A stretch of DNA of 64,000 nt from Candidatus Poribacteria bacterium. Lineage in GTDB: Bacteria; Poribacteria; WGA-4E; PCPOR2b. The stretch is from assembly GCA_965215015.1 (NCBI GenBank), contig OZ244042.1, positions 1,344,001 through 1,408,000 on the forward strand. The letters are read 5' to 3'. A model generated the notes under the pieces. It was not told the origin of the DNA. It did not search any database and worked only from the letters and a program-made list of their open reading frames with translations. This document shows, one piece after another, positions 62,098 through 64,000 of this stretch. Every line of letters begins with the position of its first letter. The stretch's first letter is position 1. The translations under genes were made by a program, and so were the position numbers.

Positions 62098-62940
62098 ATG
62101 ACATCAACACGACTCAACGACCAACAGATGGCATTCTTTGATACGTTTGGTTTCCTATCCTTTCCGGGATTGTTGGCTGACTGTGTCGATAAGATTATCA
62201 ACGAGTTTGAAGCTATTTGGGCTTCCCACGGCGGTGGACACAACGGTGCACTACACGACGGGGTGAATCGTTCTTGTATTTTCCCCTTCCCGGATCGAAG
62301 TGAGTACCTCAGCTCGCTGTTAGACGACCCGCGTATCCACGACATCGCCGCCTGCATTTGCGGTGATGATTTTAACTACACAAGCGGTGATGGTAATTTC
62401 TACGCCGGTGACACCCGTTGGCACTCCGATGGCTACGATGGAAACCGGCCGATGAGCATCAAGATCGCTTTCTACCTCGACCTGTTGACCCGCGACACCG
62501 GCGCACTCCGTATCATCCCCGGCAGCCACCGTGTAGGCGAACCTTATGCCGACACCATTGAGCGCGATATCCGCGAGAGTGGGCAGATTTGGGGGCTGTC
62601 CGGCCGTGATGTCCCGGCACTCATTTTGGAGACGAACCCCGGCGATATTGTCGTCTTCAACCACAATCTCAAGCACGCCGCGTTTGGGGGGGCTGAACGG
62701 CGACGGATGTACACGATGAACTTCTGCCGCCGTTACCCCGAAGAACGACTTGGGGAGTTGCGTGATAAACTCGGCAAAGAGGCACGGTTCTGGATTGATC
62801 GCATCCACGGCGAAGCGATGATTCGTACCGCGGGGCCAGAGCGGATGGTACACTTGGAGCAGGTGATGGAAAATGACATCCATCTCGCCGAATTACACCG
62901 CGATCTCAGAAAAACGATGGCAGAACCGTCGCGCGGCTAA
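62098..62940 (+). CDS. PhyH family dioxygenase
   Basis: FGFLSFPG, WHSD, GALRIIPGSH, HAA. Confidence 0.88.
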   Translation: MTSTRLNDQQMAFFDTFGFLSFPGLLADCVDKIINEFEAIWASHGGGHNGALHDGVNRSCIFPFPDRSEYLSSLLDDPRIHDIAACICGDDFNYTSGDGNFYAGDTRWHSDGYDGNRPMSIKIAFYLDLLTRDTGALRIIPGSHRVGEPYADTIERDIRESGQIWGLSGRDVPALILETNPGDIVVFNHNLKHAAFGGAERRRMYTMNFCRRYPEERLGELRDKLGKEARFWIDRIHGEAMIRTAGPERMVHLEQVMENDIHLAELHRDLRKTMAEPSRG

Positions 62941-62993
62941 TAGCTCAATTTAATATAATCCCTCTAAAGACCAATCAATGTTAGGAGCAGAAA

Positions 62994-63850
62994 ATGGATT
63001 TATGGAATCAGGAAGTAGAGCGGTTTTTTTTAAGAAAACAATCCACGGTTTTGCGTCCCCTCAACAGCTTTTTTATGTAGCTGATGATAACAGGTACATT
63101 GCCTATTGGCCGAGAAATTATCAAGGGCAAAGATCAACTCTACAAAGCAGGAATGCCCTTATCGGCAGTTTCACTGAAACACGGACAAGAGAATTATTAG
63201 AAAATTGTGTGAAAGACGAAAATCTTTTTGCAGTTCAGAGTGTAATATGCGAAGAGCTAGGATTATCCGCTAGATCTCCGGCCGATGTTGTTATTGCAAG
63301 ACGAGATAGCAGGACACTTGCTCCAGAAGATATTTTAATGATTTTTGAAGCAAAGATGTCTGTGGTATGGAATTGGGAATTGCAAAGCAACCGATTGATA
63401 TGCTTATAGAACACATCAAGGTCAACCGGGGCTGTTAAGATCGGATTCCATGCTAAAAGCAATCGGTAGAGCAATTAATCAAGTACCAAAGCATCTACAA
63501 TTCCTATTATTGTGCTTGGTAATACTCCCATTACAAATAGCTATTTGAGTAAAGTTGACCATCTGAAAACATCGGGAGTTGTACAGGGATTTTTTTCAAT
63601 CAATCCGAAGCCTCTTGAGGACGAAAATACGATAAAGACTACGACAAAGAAAGGATTTATAAGATTTGACTCTTATGAATCTTTGAAACGTTCTTTAGTT
63701 GAATTGCTTTCGATGAAAACCCATTTTTTCTCCAGTATGAAAAGCAAAGAGGAACTTGGGCGATTTATTGAGATTGCAGATAAAGAACCAACTTATGAAC
63801 TGAAAGCAGAAACATTTCTTGAATTATTGGAGTCTGAAGATAATGGATAA
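62994..63850 (+). pseudogene. Frameshifted type II restriction endonuclease-like gene
   Basis: PD-(D/E)xK-like PAD...FEAKMS. Reading frame broken at T8 (63024-63031), near 63407 and near 63480. Overlaps the downstream MTase-like ORF. Confidence 0.6.
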
Positions 63851-64000
63851 AACCAAGGCTAGTCCTCGAAAAGGTGGAACAAAGACAAGTAAATTTGGAA
63901 TTTCCGGAAGGATCAACCATGATTCTAGCGAATTTTATGATAGTAAACTTTATGCTGGTAAGAATCCCCTAGAAAAAGTCGAATTCATAGAAAACCCAAT
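63843..64000 (+). CDS. Probable DNA methyltransferase N-terminus (3'-truncated by window edge)
   Basis: TKTSKFGISGRINHDSSEFYDSKLY resembles N4/N6 MTase leaders. Catalytic motifs are outside the window. Confidence 0.5.
   Translation, partial: MDKTKASPRKGGTKTSKFGISGRINHDSSEFYDSKLYAGKNPLEKVEFIENP

Overview
Bacterial chromosomal window. By inference it is Candidatus Poribacteria-like: four PhyH dioxygenases, a sulfatase, FG-GAP proteins, a DUF6784/6785 membrane protein and a C-terminal WGxIK motif. The centrepiece is a complete type I-D CRISPR-Cas locus on the minus strand (3.5-19.3 kb): WYL regulator, cas3', cas10d with an internally initiated cas11d, csc2/cas7, csc1/cas5, cas6, an inserted RelE/Xre toxin-antitoxin pair, a cas4-cas1 fusion, cas2 and a 48-repeat array. 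Between the WYL gene and cas3 lies an unannotated degenerate CRISPR mini-array. Its short guide matches the -10 box of the putative cas promoter next to a GTT (I-D type) PAM, with mismatches at positions 6 and 12, which suggests RNA-guided autoregulation. Other highlights are a duplicated promoter-shaped spacer, a hidden UGSC selenoprotein, a 2157-aa SprA-like barrel, a duplicated sigma-54 promoter/enhancer block, ISAs1 remnants, nested MITE/REP repeats and a decayed restriction-modification locus. All calls come from reading motifs by eye; no database searches were run.
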